64,000 nucleotides of DNA, from assembly GCA_963667015.2 (NCBI GenBank), contig CAXXJJ010000004.1, positions 704,001 through 768,000 of the forward strand, read 5' to 3'. Below, one piece after another: positions 40,368 through 51,020 of this stretch. Numbering within the stretch: the first letter of the stretch is position 1; every line of letters begins with the position of its first letter. The notes beneath the pieces were generated by a model, which ran no database searches, had not been told where the DNA came from, and was given only the letters and a program-made list of their open reading frames with translations. The DNA comes from Desulfatiglandales bacterium. GTDB lineage: Bacteria; Desulfobacterota; DSM-4660; Desulfatiglandales; HGW-15. The position numbers and the translations under genes were made by a program.

Positions 40368-40551
40368 TTATATTTCTCCTGCAGGATCTTCAGAACAATA
40401 ACAATAACATAGATATGTTAATAATGAAACAAGGGTATAGATTAAATTTAATTTTCTGTCAATAGAAGAAAATAAAAAACTATTGCCTCAAATCAATAAC
40501 TTTATTAAACTCTGAAGATTAATAAAATACTCTTTCAGGGAGGAAAACACC

Positions 40552-42264
40552 TTGAACTCACTGTTTCTCGCCATTGTCACTGCTGTCTTGTATACAATTG
40601 CATATCACACCTATGGCAAATACCTTGCAAAAAAAATATTTAAACTGGAACCGGACGCTGTCTGTCCCAGCTCTGCCCTCAGAGATGATATTGATTTTGT
40701 CCCCACCCAGAAACCTGTCCTTTTCGGACACCATTTTACATCAATAGCCGGCACCGGACCCATTCTTGGACCGGCTGTTGCCATTATTTGGGGCTGGGTT
40801 CCGGCGATGATATGGATTATTGTAGGTTCTATTTTCATGGGTGCTGTACATGATTTCGGAGCAATGGTAATCTCTCTCAGAAATCAGGGACGATCCATAG
40901 GTGATATTTCAGCCGATATAATCAATAAAAGGGTAAGGTTTCTTTTTCTGCTTATCATATTTTTTCTTCTCTGGATTGTTGTGGCCATTTTTGGAGTAGT
41001 AATAGGGATTGTATTCGATCTCTACCCACAGTCAGTTATCCCTGTGTTCTGCGAAATTCCTATAGCTCTCTGGCTTGGATATAAGGTTTATAAAAAAGGT
41101 GCATCTCACGTTTCAACAAGTATTGTCGCTGTGGTCCTCATGTACATCACTGTAGCCATTGGAGCCTATCTCCCTTTAAATATAGAGCCCTTTGCCTCAC
41201 TGCTGGGCCTCAGTCCAGTTGCGCTTTGGGTAATAATTCTTCTTATATATGCATATATTGCATCAACACTCCCGGTTCAGGTCCTTCTCCAGCCAAGGGA
41301 TTATATCAACTCACATCAGCTTTTTATTGCACTCGGCCTGCTGTCACTCGGTGTTATCTTTTCGCGCCCTGATATAGTTGCCCCGGCATCAAATCTATCG
41401 CCCCAGGGTGCACCTCCAATGTGGCCCATGATATTTGTAATAATAGCATGCGGGGCTATCTCAGGATTTCATGCGCTGGTATCATCAGGCACAACATCAA
41501 AACAGTGTGATGCTGAAACGAGTTCCCTCACAATAGGCTATGGCGGAATGCTCCTTGAAGGCATGCTTGCAACCTTTGTTTTAATAGCGTGCGGTGCCGG
41601 AATCGCTATGGGCTTTGATAAGGGAGGAGAAATATTTACAGGAGTTGAGGCATTTAATCATCACTATGCAAGCTGGATTGGGGGAAGCGGCCTGGGAAAC
41701 AGGCTGAGCGCCTTTGTGGTAGGTTCCGCAAACATGATTGAATCAATCGGTATCCCGGCGAATATATGCATGACCATCATGGGTGTGTTTATTGTTTCCT
41801 TTGCGGCAACAACACTGGATACAGCTACACGCCTCCAGAGATACATTGTCAGTGAAATTTGTGTTTCCATTAATTTCAAGGCAGGGGCGAAAAAACATCC
41901 GGCAACTATGATTGCAGTTTTAACAGCACTGATTCTCGCATTTTATAATGGAAGCGGAACCGGAGCACTCGTATTATGGCCGCTTTTCGGGGCTACAAAC
42001 CAGTTACTTGCAGGTCTTGCACTGCTGGTTATAACCATTTACCTTGCCAGAAAAAAAATAAACTGCCTCTACACATTAATACCCATGGTCTTTATGGTAA
42101 TAATGACAGGATGGGCAATGTTCATAAATCTGGATGATTTCTATAAGGATGGAAACTGGCTTTTGTTTTGTATAGGGTTCATTACAATGCTTCTTGAAAC
42201 ATGGATGATAATAGAAAGTATCGTTGTAATGAAGGAAGTACTGACATCATCTGCCAGACACTAG
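40552..42264 (+). CDS. cstA: Carbon starvation protein A family transporter
   Basis: LFGHHFTSIAGTGPILGP, GAVHDF, IACGAISGFH, TTLDTATRL, LWPLFGATNQLLA. Confidence 0.93.
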   Translation: MNSLFLAIVTAVLYTIAYHTYGKYLAKKIFKLEPDAVCPSSALRDDIDFVPTQKPVLFGHHFTSIAGTGPILGPAVAIIWGWVPAMIWIIVGSIFMGAVHDFGAMVISLRNQGRSIGDISADIINKRVRFLFLLIIFFLLWIVVAIFGVVIGIVFDLYPQSVIPVFCEIPIALWLGYKVYKKGASHVSTSIVAVVLMYITVAIGAYLPLNIEPFASLLGLSPVALWVIILLIYAYIASTLPVQVLLQPRDYINSHQLFIALGLLSLGVIFSRPDIVAPASNLSPQGAPPMWPMIFVIIACGAISGFHALVSSGTTSKQCDAETSSLTIGYGGMLLEGMLATFVLIACGAGIAMGFDKGGEIFTGVEAFNHHYASWIGGSGLGNRLSAFVVGSANMIESIGIPANICMTIMGVFIVSFAATTLDTATRLQRYIVSEICVSINFKAGAKKHPATMIAVLTALILAFYNGSGTGALVLWPLFGATNQLLAGLALLVITIYLARKKINCLYTLIPMVFMVIMTGWAMFINLDDFYKDGNWLLFCIGFITMLLETWMIIESIVVMKEVLTSSARH

Positions 42265-42464
42265 AGACAGGGCATACTTTATCTATAGCAGAGGATCTGA
42301 AGGGATTGCAGCTTAAAACTATGCATTCTATTACCCAAAATAGGCATTTAATTACATACTTATCTGGTAATTATTTACAACCGTGAAAACTACAATAAAT
42401 ATACCTGTTCGACATCTATCTGTTTTAATTAGTACTTGTATTGCATTTATCATTAAAAAAAATC

Positions 42465-42480
42465 TGGCTTGATATTTGCT
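42465..42480 (+). promoter_or_regulatory. Probable sigma54 promoter
   Basis: TGGCTTGATATTTGCT (GG-N10-GC spacing, TTGC at -12). Confidence 0.6.
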
Positions 42481-42552
42481 TGTATTCTTAGAAATAATTT
42501 ACAATAATAGATTCTAATATTTAGTTTCAGCAGGGGGAATTCCGTTAAAAAA

Positions 42553-42852
42553 ATGGAACTGTTGAATACTTCAAGGAGGAAAAAGCTGTTTTTTATGGCG
42601 CCACATATGGATTCTAACTCTATCGATATTGAAAAGGTTTTCTTTAGCCATCTTGAAAAAAAAGGCATTGAACAGATTATTATTAACAGATTTATTAAAG
42701 ACCTTGTAAATTCAAATTTTGATGATCCAGGTACAAGCCTCCACCAGGTAAGTAATTGTTTAACCTCTCTTGGATGGGACGATACGTTAATTGACTACCA
42801 TACAATCCAACTGGCCAAGGCATATCTTGAAAACAACGGCTCCATGAGCTGA
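42553..42852 (+). CDS. Small hypothetical protein (start uncertain)
   Basis: ORF between a sigma54-like promoter and a terminator; ends LGWDDTLIDYHTIQLAKAYLE. Confidence 0.65.
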   Translation: MELLNTSRRKKLFFMAPHMDSNSIDIEKVFFSHLEKKGIEQIIINRFIKDLVNSNFDDPGTSLHQVSNCLTSLGWDDTLIDYHTIQLAKAYLENNGSMS

Positions 42853-42879
42853 AAAACAGATATGAGGCCGATCACCCTG

Positions 42880-42913
42880 AAGAGCAGAACCATTGTGGTT
42901 CTGCTCTTTTTTT
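42880..42913 (+). terminator. Intrinsic terminator
   Basis: aagagcagaacca-ttg-tggttctgctctt-ttttt. Confidence 0.85.
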
Positions 42914-43109
42914 CCTCTCACAGTCTACGCAATTAACACGGAGGAGAAAAAATATTTAAATTCTAAACAATTAGGGACATGCTTTTTTCTGGTTTTAACC
43001 TTAAGCCGTATTCCCCATACCGTAAACCGTTCTTTTATCCATTTGACTATCCAAAGAAAAACATTATATTTGTCCGAAACTTAATTGATTAAAGGAGCAG
43101 ATTATCTCT

Positions 43110-44030
43110 ATGAAACCAGCAGTGAAGGTTTCCGGCCTGTCAAAATCATATGGAAACCTTATCGCCCTTGATAATATTGATTTTACCATTGAGCAGGGAA
43201 GTTTTTTCGGACTTCTTGGCCCGAATGGTGCCGGGAAATCAACACTTATCAATATTATGTCAGGGCTTACAAAGGCATCTGACGGTTATATAGAGGTAAT
43301 GGGCTATAACGTCAGATCCGACTGGAGAAAAACAAGAATGATCCTGGGGGTTGTCCCTCAGGAACTCGCCTATGATCCCTTTTTTACTGTAAGGGAAATG
43401 CTGAGACTCCAGTCCGGTTACTTCGGTCTCAACTCATCTAACTATGACAGGATAGAGGAAATACTCTTCCACCTTGACCTGTCGGACAAGGCAAAGGAGA
43501 ATATAGGAAACCTGTCGGGAGGCATGAAAAGACGCCTTTTAATAGCCCAGGCGCTTGTTCATAAACCTGAAGTGGTTGTACTCGATGAACCAACCGCCGG
43601 AGTGGATGTTGAACTGCGGAGAAGCCTCTGGAAATATTTCAGGAAGCTAAATAAAAAGGGCCAGACTATTATTTTAACTACCCACTATCTTGAAGAGGCA
43701 GAGACCAACTGCGACAGGATAGGCATCCTCAATCACGGAAAACTGAAGACAGTTGAAGAAAAAAACAGGCTGCTCAACAGATACCCCTACAGACTTCTTA
43801 ACCTCAGATTAACAGAAGGAAGCGATAAAAACCTTCCGGAAAAAATTAAAGATAAAATCGTTTCCACTGAAAACGGAGATATCTGTCTCAGGCTCCACAA
43901 GGAGAATGACAAAATAGGCTCTATAATGGAAGAACTGCACGACGCTAACATTAAGATCGTTGACCTGCACACAAAAGAACCGGGTCTGGAGGAAGTATTT
44001 ATGAGTCTTACAGGAAAAGAAAATGATTAA
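43110..44030 (+). CDS. ABC-2 type transporter ATP-binding protein (YadG-like)
   Basis: GPNGAGKST, LSGGMKRR, LDEPTAGVDVELR, TTHYLEEAE. Confidence 0.92.
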   Translation: MKPAVKVSGLSKSYGNLIALDNIDFTIEQGSFFGLLGPNGAGKSTLINIMSGLTKASDGYIEVMGYNVRSDWRKTRMILGVVPQELAYDPFFTVREMLRLQSGYFGLNSSNYDRIEEILFHLDLSDKAKENIGNLSGGMKRRLLIAQALVHKPEVVVLDEPTAGVDVELRRSLWKYFRKLNKKGQTIILTTHYLEEAETNCDRIGILNHGKLKTVEEKNRLLNRYPYRLLNLRLTEGSDKNLPEKIKDKIVSTENGDICLRLHKENDKIGSIMEELHDANIKIVDLHTKEPGLEEVFMSLTGKEND

Positions 44031-44787
44031 CTGGGGAGGCGCATTCACACTTTTCCGAAAAGAGCTGTGGCGATTTCTGAAGGTTTCCATACAGACAATC
44101 CTCACACCTGTAGTAACTGTTCTGCTCTATCTGCTTGTCTTTTCATCGGTGCTGTCGGACAGGCTGGAGGTTTATAAAGGGATACATTATGTAAAATTCC
44201 TCATCCCAGGGCTTATTGTAATGGCAATGCTCCAGAATGCCTTTGCTAACAGTTCATCAAGTTTATTCCAGTCAAAGATGAACAGGAACATCGTATTTAT
44301 GCTTCTGGCGCCTCTTTCAAACCTGGAGATATATACATCCTATGTCATGGCCTGTGTGGTAAGGGGACTGCTTGTAGGGGCAGGAGTATGGATTACGTCG
44401 TTTTTCTTTGAAACAATATGGATACACAATATAGCACTGGTGCTTGTTTTTGGCTTTCTAGGATGCGGAATACTGGGCGCTCTGGGGCTCCTGGGAGCTG
44501 TCTGCTCTGAAAAATGGGATCATATTGCAGCCTTTCAGAATTTTGTAATTCTTCCCCTCTCCTTTTTGAGCGGGGTATTCTTTTCAATTCACACCCTTCC
44601 CCCCTTCTGGGAAAAGGTATCCTATTATAATCCCTTCTTTTATATGGTGGATGGTTTCAGATATGGCTTTCTCGGTGTATCGGATACCGACCCGGTACAC
44701 AGCCTTATAGTCACATCTTTATTTTTTATTTTTGTAAGTGTTGTCGGCCTCTTTATCCTGCGAAGCGGCTACAAGATCCGTGAATAG
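44023..44787 (+). CDS. ABC-2 type permease (YadH-like)
   Basis: KELWRFLKV..QT, LIPGL, NAFANSSSS, LSGVFF, NPFFYMVDGFRYGF. Confidence 0.9.
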   Translation: MINWGGAFTLFRKELWRFLKVSIQTILTPVVTVLLYLLVFSSVLSDRLEVYKGIHYVKFLIPGLIVMAMLQNAFANSSSSLFQSKMNRNIVFMLLAPLSNLEIYTSYVMACVVRGLLVGAGVWITSFFFETIWIHNIALVLVFGFLGCGILGALGLLGAVCSEKWDHIAAFQNFVILPLSFLSGVFFSIHTLPPFWEKVSYYNPFFYMVDGFRYGFLGVSDTDPVHSLIVTSLFFIFVSVVGLFILRSGYKIRE

Positions 44788-44818
44788 GTCCGGCCTGACA
44801 ACTTTTTATAACACAAGA

Positions 44819-45232
44819 CTATTCTGTTTTTTGTACATACCTGTCAGTCAAAACAGCGTTGATAAATGTAATAGGCTTATTGACCTTTGTAAACCTTAAC
44901 GGGCAATGGATCATTCCTTTGGGAATATGAACAACAGTGGTTTCGGTTATTATGTGTTTTTCGCGTTCTTCACCTAAAAACAATTCCACCTCGGCATCAA
45001 ACTCCCTGTAATTGCTTCCTGTACCTACAAAACATAAATACTGCTCAAAATCATGGGCGTGAGGTTCTTCCGGTATTTCAAAAGGCTCGGTAACATAAGA
45101 TAATCTGATACCAAAATTTCCATACCCGAAATTTTTCTGGCTGTTAAATTTTACGCGGGGAAGAAAAGGGGCAATTTCTCCATCTCTGACAACTTCCTTA
45201 GTGAAATACTTTCCATACCTGGATTCTGACAT
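44819..45232 (-). CDS. Cupin-like protein, third paralog of 19183..19593
   Basis: MSESRYGKY start, PHAHDFEQYLCF, IPKGMIHCP; AGGAGG RBS. Confidence 0.72.
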   Translation of the reverse strand: MSESRYGKYFTKEVVRDGEIAPFLPRVKFNSQKNFGYGNFGIRLSYVTEPFEIPEEPHAHDFEQYLCFVGTGSNYREFDAEVELFLGEEREKHIITETTVVHIPKGMIHCPLRFTKVNKPITFINAVLTDRYVQKTE

Positions 45233-45376
45233 GTAAAACACCTCCTGTATTGAGAATTATCTTCCAGTCAAATATTTTAAAAGCTTGCATTAAGATTTAA
45301 TCTTATGGCAAATTATTCGCAAAAAATCAAACTCGAGCTTTAGTTCGTTAGAAAAGAAGGTTGGATTTCATAAAAA

Positions 45377-46180
45377 ATGGATATCAAGACAGCATTACAG
45401 CAACTCACAACCTGGTTTGAAGAATATGTTAAGGGATTTGCATCGGATGATCCGGATGCTCGAGAAAACATCGAGTTAAAGAAAAACCACACAATCCGCG
45501 TGAGGGATGCCATCCTGGATATAGGTAACAGTATTGATCTTAATGAAGAGGAGATATCTCTTGCTGAAGCATGTGCGCTTCTCCATGACATTGGAAGATT
45601 TGAACAATTCAGGAGATATGGCACTTTTTCAGACTCAAAATCAGAAAACCATGCAGCTCTTGGAGTAAGGATAATCAGAGAGCATGATGTGTTAAAAGAC
45701 TTCCCGCGTTCAGCCGGAGAGATCATCATTCGTTCGGTGGGCTGTCATAACATGTCTTCTATTCCTGAAAAAAACAACAGGTACTGGATCAGGTTTCTTA
45801 AGCTTGTAAGAGATGCAGATAAGATTGATATTTTATATGTTGTAACGGAATATTACAAAAACTCTCCCAGCGGCAGTAATAAAGCACTGGAACTGCATCT
45901 GCCTGATACGGATGTCATCTCTGATGCCGTATACTCCCCACTGGCAAAAGGTCAAATTGCACTTATAAAAGATCTTTTCTCCTTAAACGATTTCAAGCTA
46001 TATCAGATGGGGTGGGTCTATGACCTGAATTTCCTGAGGAGCCTTCAAATTATAAAGGAAAAAGGCTACCTTGAAATGATCAGGAATGCACTGCCTGCAG
46101 CTTCCCAAAAAGCTGAAAATATATATCAAATTACCAGCGCCTATCTTGAAAAGAAGTCACAGTATTACCCACTTATATAA
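45377..46180 (+). CDS. HD domain phosphohydrolase
   Basis: HTIRV, LLHDIGRFEQ, NHA, RDADKID. A weaker sigma54-like site TGGCAAATTATTCGCA lies at 45306-45321. Confidence 0.85.
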   Translation: MDIKTALQQLTTWFEEYVKGFASDDPDARENIELKKNHTIRVRDAILDIGNSIDLNEEEISLAEACALLHDIGRFEQFRRYGTFSDSKSENHAALGVRIIREHDVLKDFPRSAGEIIIRSVGCHNMSSIPEKNNRYWIRFLKLVRDADKIDILYVVTEYYKNSPSGSNKALELHLPDTDVISDAVYSPLAKGQIALIKDLFSLNDFKLYQMGWVYDLNFLRSLQIIKEKGYLEMIRNALPAASQKAENIYQITSAYLEKKSQYYPLI

Positions 46181-46318
46181 TTTTATCAAGATTTCACTTA
46201 AGATATTTAACTGAAAAACCGATAAGATTACTTGTTACGGTCTTGTACCGAATAATCATTTCCTTGAAAATTAAAAAAAAATAAAAAAACATTTAACCCT
46301 GGAAATAATTCTTATTTC

Positions 46319-48487
46319 ATGTTGCGACGGAATGAATCTAAGAATCTCTGGCGAAAAGAATTTATTGTGAAAGAATATAATCATAGAAAAAACTGGCTCC
46401 ATTACAGACTTATCTTTATTGAATCGCTGATATTCCTGCTCCCGGCAGTCACAGTCATTTACCTCTTTTACAATAAGAAAGTTATCCTTGAAATGTCGCA
46501 TATGTTTATTGTCTCTGCCATACTGATCCTGATCCTTGCAGGTTTTATAACTCTTCGTCATATCTTCGAAAAATTCCATCAGATTATAGATGTTATATCC
46601 GCTTCAAAATCTTTTAATCTCAACAATATGGAGAAACAGGAAAATCCCGAAAATAAACTACGTTTGATTACACGAGATTTAAAATCCCTGATGGAAGATT
46701 TTGAAGTAAAAACAGCCGTGTTAAATGAAAAGACCAATGAGCTTTACATTATAAAAGACATTATTAAATTATTGAGCAAAAATAATACGCTTAACAATCT
46801 CCCGGATATTCTCCTTGAAAAGGCTATGTCCCTTACCGGAACAAAGAAGGGGGTGATCCTGTTTTCAAGTTCAACAGGCAAAAAGATCCGTGTTGTTGCC
46901 CAAAATGGCCTGGAACACTCCGAGCAACAAGATTATTTTATAAACAGCCTTAAATCCAAAATACCTGAAATATTCTCTAAAAAAGAATATCTGGTTGTCG
47001 ACATCAGGGAAGATAATGATATTTCTAATTCCGACCTGAATAATATTCCAACATCAATGATTTACCTGCCGTTTCTGATAAGACAAAATATCCTTGGGAT
47101 AATTGTCCTCGCACATGTTGACAATGATAAAAACTTTACTGAAAACACTATTGAAACCCTTGATATACTGGTTGATGAAACAGGCTTTGCATTTGATAAA
47201 ATAAGAATGAAAAAAGAGTTAAAGAAAAAGATCAGAGAGTTAAACTCAAGGGCAAACGAAATTGAAGAGACCAATAGAAGTCTGCAAAATGAAATCAAAA
47301 TCAGAAAATTTGTTGAAGATGAAAAAGACAAACTTCAGTCTCAGCTCCATGTTGCTCAAAAACTTGAGGCTCTCGGAACCCTTGCCGGTGGTATAGCACA
47401 TAATTTTAATAATCTACTAATGGGTATTCAGGGTAATGCGACCCTTATACACCTTGGCCTGGACAATAAAAACCCCATTTCAAAAAGGGCCCAGAACATT
47501 GAAAAACTCGTTCAGAGCGGCTCTAAACTTACATCTCAACTGCTTGGTTATGCAAGAAAAGGTCAACTGGAAATGACACCTATCGACCTTAACTGCCTTA
47601 TTAATGATATTTGCGAGACATTTGCCAATACAAAAAAGGGAGTTATAATCCACAAGAATCTTTCTGATGACTTGTATAGAACCATGGCTGACGCAAACCA
47701 GATTGAACAGGTTTTATTGAACCTGTTTGTAAATGCAGCGGATGCCATGGCAGATTCCGGCCGTATGTTCATCAGCTCACGAAATTGCAACTCGGAAGAT
47801 TTTAAGGATAAGCCATATATTCCCAGGCCCAATCTGGACTACATACTTCTCTCTGTAACTGATACAGGAGAGGGTATGGACAAAGATATTGTGGAAAAGG
47901 TATTTGAACCTTTTTTCTCAACCAAAGAACCTGGAAAGGGTACTGGACTGGGACTTGCCTCATGCTATGGAATTATTAAGGGCCATGGAGGATTTATTGA
48001 CGTTGATTCGGAACCTGGTAAGGGATCGACTTTCATGATCTATCTACCGGCATCCAATAAAAAATCAACAGATGGCCACGAAGAAGAGAAAAATATCAGG
48101 AGAGGAAACGGAAAAATCCTCGTTATTGATGATGAAGAGTTGATACTGGAAGTATCGGTAGTGATGGCGAGAGAACTCGGGTATTCAGTAATTGATGCAA
48201 AAAACGGGAAGGAAGCTGTTGAAAAATATAAGAAATTCAAGGATGACATTGATATGGTTATACTTGATATGGTTATGCCTGATCAATCAGGGGAAGAGGT
48301 TTTTGCTCTCTTAAAAGAGATAAATCCCGATGTAAGAGTCCTTCTGGCCAGCGGTTACACATTTAATAACAGGGTAAAAAGCCTTATGGAGCGGGGATGT
48401 ATCGGCTTTCTAAAAAAACCTTACAGTATTGAAGAGCTTTCAAACAGACTCATCAGATTAAATCCCGCGCCCCACAATCAGAATTAA
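46319..48487 (+). CDS. Membrane GAF hybrid sensor histidine kinase with receiver domain
   Basis: Two transmembrane helices, GAF-like region, LAGGIAHNFNN, DTGEG, GKGTGLGL, receiver (VIDDE..LDMVMP..KPY). Confidence 0.9.
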   Translation: MLRRNESKNLWRKEFIVKEYNHRKNWLHYRLIFIESLIFLLPAVTVIYLFYNKKVILEMSHMFIVSAILILILAGFITLRHIFEKFHQIIDVISASKSFNLNNMEKQENPENKLRLITRDLKSLMEDFEVKTAVLNEKTNELYIIKDIIKLLSKNNTLNNLPDILLEKAMSLTGTKKGVILFSSSTGKKIRVVAQNGLEHSEQQDYFINSLKSKIPEIFSKKEYLVVDIREDNDISNSDLNNIPTSMIYLPFLIRQNILGIIVLAHVDNDKNFTENTIETLDILVDETGFAFDKIRMKKELKKKIRELNSRANEIEETNRSLQNEIKIRKFVEDEKDKLQSQLHVAQKLEALGTLAGGIAHNFNNLLMGIQGNATLIHLGLDNKNPISKRAQNIEKLVQSGSKLTSQLLGYARKGQLEMTPIDLNCLINDICETFANTKKGVIIHKNLSDDLYRTMADANQIEQVLLNLFVNAADAMADSGRMFISSRNCNSEDFKDKPYIPRPNLDYILLSVTDTGEGMDKDIVEKVFEPFFSTKEPGKGTGLGLASCYGIIKGHGGFIDVDSEPGKGSTFMIYLPASNKKSTDGHEEEKNIRRGNGKILVIDDEELILEVSVVMARELGYSVIDAKNGKEAVEKYKKFKDDIDMVILDMVMPDQSGEEVFALLKEINPDVRVLLASGYTFNNRVKSLMERGCIGFLKKPYSIEELSNRLIRLNPAPHNQN

Positions 48488-48500
48488 ATTTCTCCCTTAC

Positions 48501-49982
48501 CTACAGCTGGACAGGCATTCCCATCAAAGGCCACAAAACATAAACAGAAAATGCAATAACAATCATTAATATGATGCTTGCAGGAACTCCGTACTTAAAA
48601 AATTCACCAATGGTAAACTGTCCCGAATCATAGGCAATCGCATTTGGTGCTGCCCCTACGAGCAGCAGGAAGGGCATTCCTGCTGCGACAAGTGCTGCAA
48701 ACAGTATAACTTCATGGGCTACACCCATATATCTAGCTGTAACCAGTGCAACCGGCAGAACAATAGATATTGCAGCTACATTCATGATAAAGTTGGTCAT
48801 AATAAGAATCAGAAAAGCAATGCTTAAAACAAATACAAACCAGTGTGCACCTTTAAAAAATGCCATGTAGTTTACAGCCATCCATTCGGCCGCACCTGTC
48901 TCCCAGAGGCAGAAACCAATACTCATTGCACCTGCGAAAAGTAAAATAATATTCCATGGAATATCCTGTAGATCCTTTGTATCCAGAATACCGGTTACAA
49001 AAAATAGAATTGTTGAGATCAATATCACAGCGGTTTTATTAGGCGGAACAAAACCGGGAATTGTAGATTTAAGCACGGCAGAAACACCAAGAACAATAAT
49101 TGCTGCACCCACTATTAAGGCTGCTAAAATTTCTTTATTTGTAATACGGCCGAGTTCTTCACTTAGCTGCTTTGCCCTCTTCTTAAGACCGGGAATAGTC
49201 TTTTTTTCCGGTTTAAGAAAGATCATAAAATATCCCCACAAAAGGAATGTCATCAGCCATCCAACAGGAAACATATAATATGACAGCTCAAAAAAACCAA
49301 TGCTTTTTCCGGCAATTTCATTATAAAATCCCAGGGCTACAGCCCCTCTTGCTGCACCCAGCAGGGTAATAATACTTCCGGCGCCAGCCACGTATGCCAT
49401 TCCTATGAATAATCCCTTACCGAATTTGGTGGGTTTGTCACTCTCATCGTACATGGAATATATAGCTAAAAGAAGAGGATAAATAGTTGCTGCAACGGCA
49501 GTATGTGCCATTATATGAGTAAGCGCTGCCGTAAGGACAAAACAGCCAAGGTAAATCATGCTTGTCTTTTCGCCCACAATACCAAGCATTTTAAAGGCGA
49601 TTCGCCTTGTAAGCCCTGTTTTTGTAAAAACAATACCAATTACAAGAGAACCATAAATAAAGAGGACACTGGGGTCCATAAAATCGGTAAAGGCTTTGTC
49701 TGCAGGTCTGATGAAAAACAGTACCTGCAGGACTCCAATCGCAAGGCTGGTTACGCCAATGGGTACAACTTCAGATACCCACCATGTAGCAGCCAGCAGG
49801 AAAATACCTATGGCTCCCTTACCTGCTGCACTCAGAACAAATGCTTTTCCGTCAGGATCAATTGCATCGGGCCACATGGGAGACCAGTAAATGGCAGAAA
49901 AAAGAGCAACCCCTAATAAAAGAAAAAAAACACGACTCCAGTTAATATTTTTATCTGATGTATTTACAGTTGCAGAAGTCAC
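48501..49982 (-). CDS. SLC13/DASS family di-/tricarboxylate or sulfate permease
   Basis: Many transmembrane helices; HIMAHTAVAA, IPWNIILLFAG, TNFIMNVAA, AAPNAIAY. Confidence 0.88.
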   Translation of the reverse strand: MTSATVNTSDKNINWSRVFFLLLGVALFSAIYWSPMWPDAIDPDGKAFVLSAAGKGAIGIFLLAATWWVSEVVPIGVTSLAIGVLQVLFFIRPADKAFTDFMDPSVLFIYGSLVIGIVFTKTGLTRRIAFKMLGIVGEKTSMIYLGCFVLTAALTHIMAHTAVAATIYPLLLAIYSMYDESDKPTKFGKGLFIGMAYVAGAGSIITLLGAARGAVALGFYNEIAGKSIGFFELSYYMFPVGWLMTFLLWGYFMIFLKPEKKTIPGLKKRAKQLSEELGRITNKEILAALIVGAAIIVLGVSAVLKSTIPGFVPPNKTAVILISTILFFVTGILDTKDLQDIPWNIILLFAGAMSIGFCLWETGAAEWMAVNYMAFFKGAHWFVFVLSIAFLILIMTNFIMNVAAISIVLPVALVTARYMGVAHEVILFAALVAAGMPFLLLVGAAPNAIAYDSGQFTIGEFFKYGVPASIILMIVIAFSVYVLWPLMGMPVQL

Positions 49983-50271
49983 TTTATCACCTTTTCATGT
50001 TTAGTAATTGGCTTCACCTTCATGATTTTCAACTATAGAAGTATCATAATACTCATAGTGCACACCGGTATTTTCAATAAAAACAAACCTGACCGGGAAT
50101 TTAATCCCGTCAGATTTACCATGTTTTATTTATAAAATAAATACTTTTCGGTATCATCCGGATCAAAAAAGCATACAGACTATTTCTTGCCATTTCATGA
50201 AGAGTTATGATAGATAGTTACAATCTTTTCAGTGTCTTAGGGGCTTAATTTCAAATTCAAAGGAGATTTTT

Positions 50272-50988
50272 ATGGACCAGCCGTTATACTCGATTGATAA
50301 AAAAATATTCGATCTGTTCCCCGGATACTGCAGAGGAGTAGTTCTTGCCTTTGATATTAATAACGATAATTCACCTCCCGGGTTAACTGCCATGCTAAGA
50401 GAGGCTGAAGCCGCGCTTCGAGATAAAATAGACAAGGATGAAATAGCGGCTCATCCCAGAATAAACTCATGGAGAGAAGCTTACAGGGCCTTTGGAGCTA
50501 AACCAGCGAAGTACCGATCGTCTATCGAGGCGATGATAAGAAGAGTCATAAATGGTAACGAATTGCCAAATATAAACACTGTTGTGGATATAGGGAATAT
50601 TATTTCTCTTAAAAATATTATCACGGCAGGTGGACATGCCATTGATGTGGTGTCAGGCAATATATCACTCCGAGAAGCAACAGGAGAAGAAGAGTTTACA
50701 GCCTTTGGAGCCGATAAGATAGAGAATCCTGAACCGGGAGAGATTATATTTACTGAAGGCAGTACTGTCCTCACCAGGCGCTGGAGCTGGCGACAGTCAA
50801 ATCATACATCTACTCAAAAATCAACCACAGCGATTGAAATGAATATCGACGGTCTCCCGCCGGTCACAAGGGACGAAGTTAATAAAATCTGCCAGGAGGT
50901 CATGGAACTGATTCATAAATACTGCGGAGGCAAACTGAGGTATGAGATACTCAGTAAAGATCATCCCGAAATGGAACTATCCAGGTAG
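50272..50988 (+). CDS. B3/B4 domain (tRNA editing-like) protein
   Basis: SWREAYRAFGAKP.KYRSSIEA, INTVVDIGN, RRWSWRQ. Confidence 0.85.
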   Translation: MDQPLYSIDKKIFDLFPGYCRGVVLAFDINNDNSPPGLTAMLREAEAALRDKIDKDEIAAHPRINSWREAYRAFGAKPAKYRSSIEAMIRRVINGNELPNINTVVDIGNIISLKNIITAGGHAIDVVSGNISLREATGEEEFTAFGADKIENPEPGEIIFTEGSTVLTRRWSWRQSNHTSTQKSTTAIEMNIDGLPPVTRDEVNKICQEVMELIHKYCGGKLRYEILSKDHPEMELSR

Positions 50989-50991
50989 ATC

Positions 50992-51020
50992 GTAGAGACG
51001 GATTTAAAACCCGTCTCTGC
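50992..51020. repeat. GTAG-type REP-like palindrome, possibly also a bidirectional terminator
   Basis: gtagagacgg-atttaaaac-ccgtctctgc between convergent genes. Confidence 0.6.
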
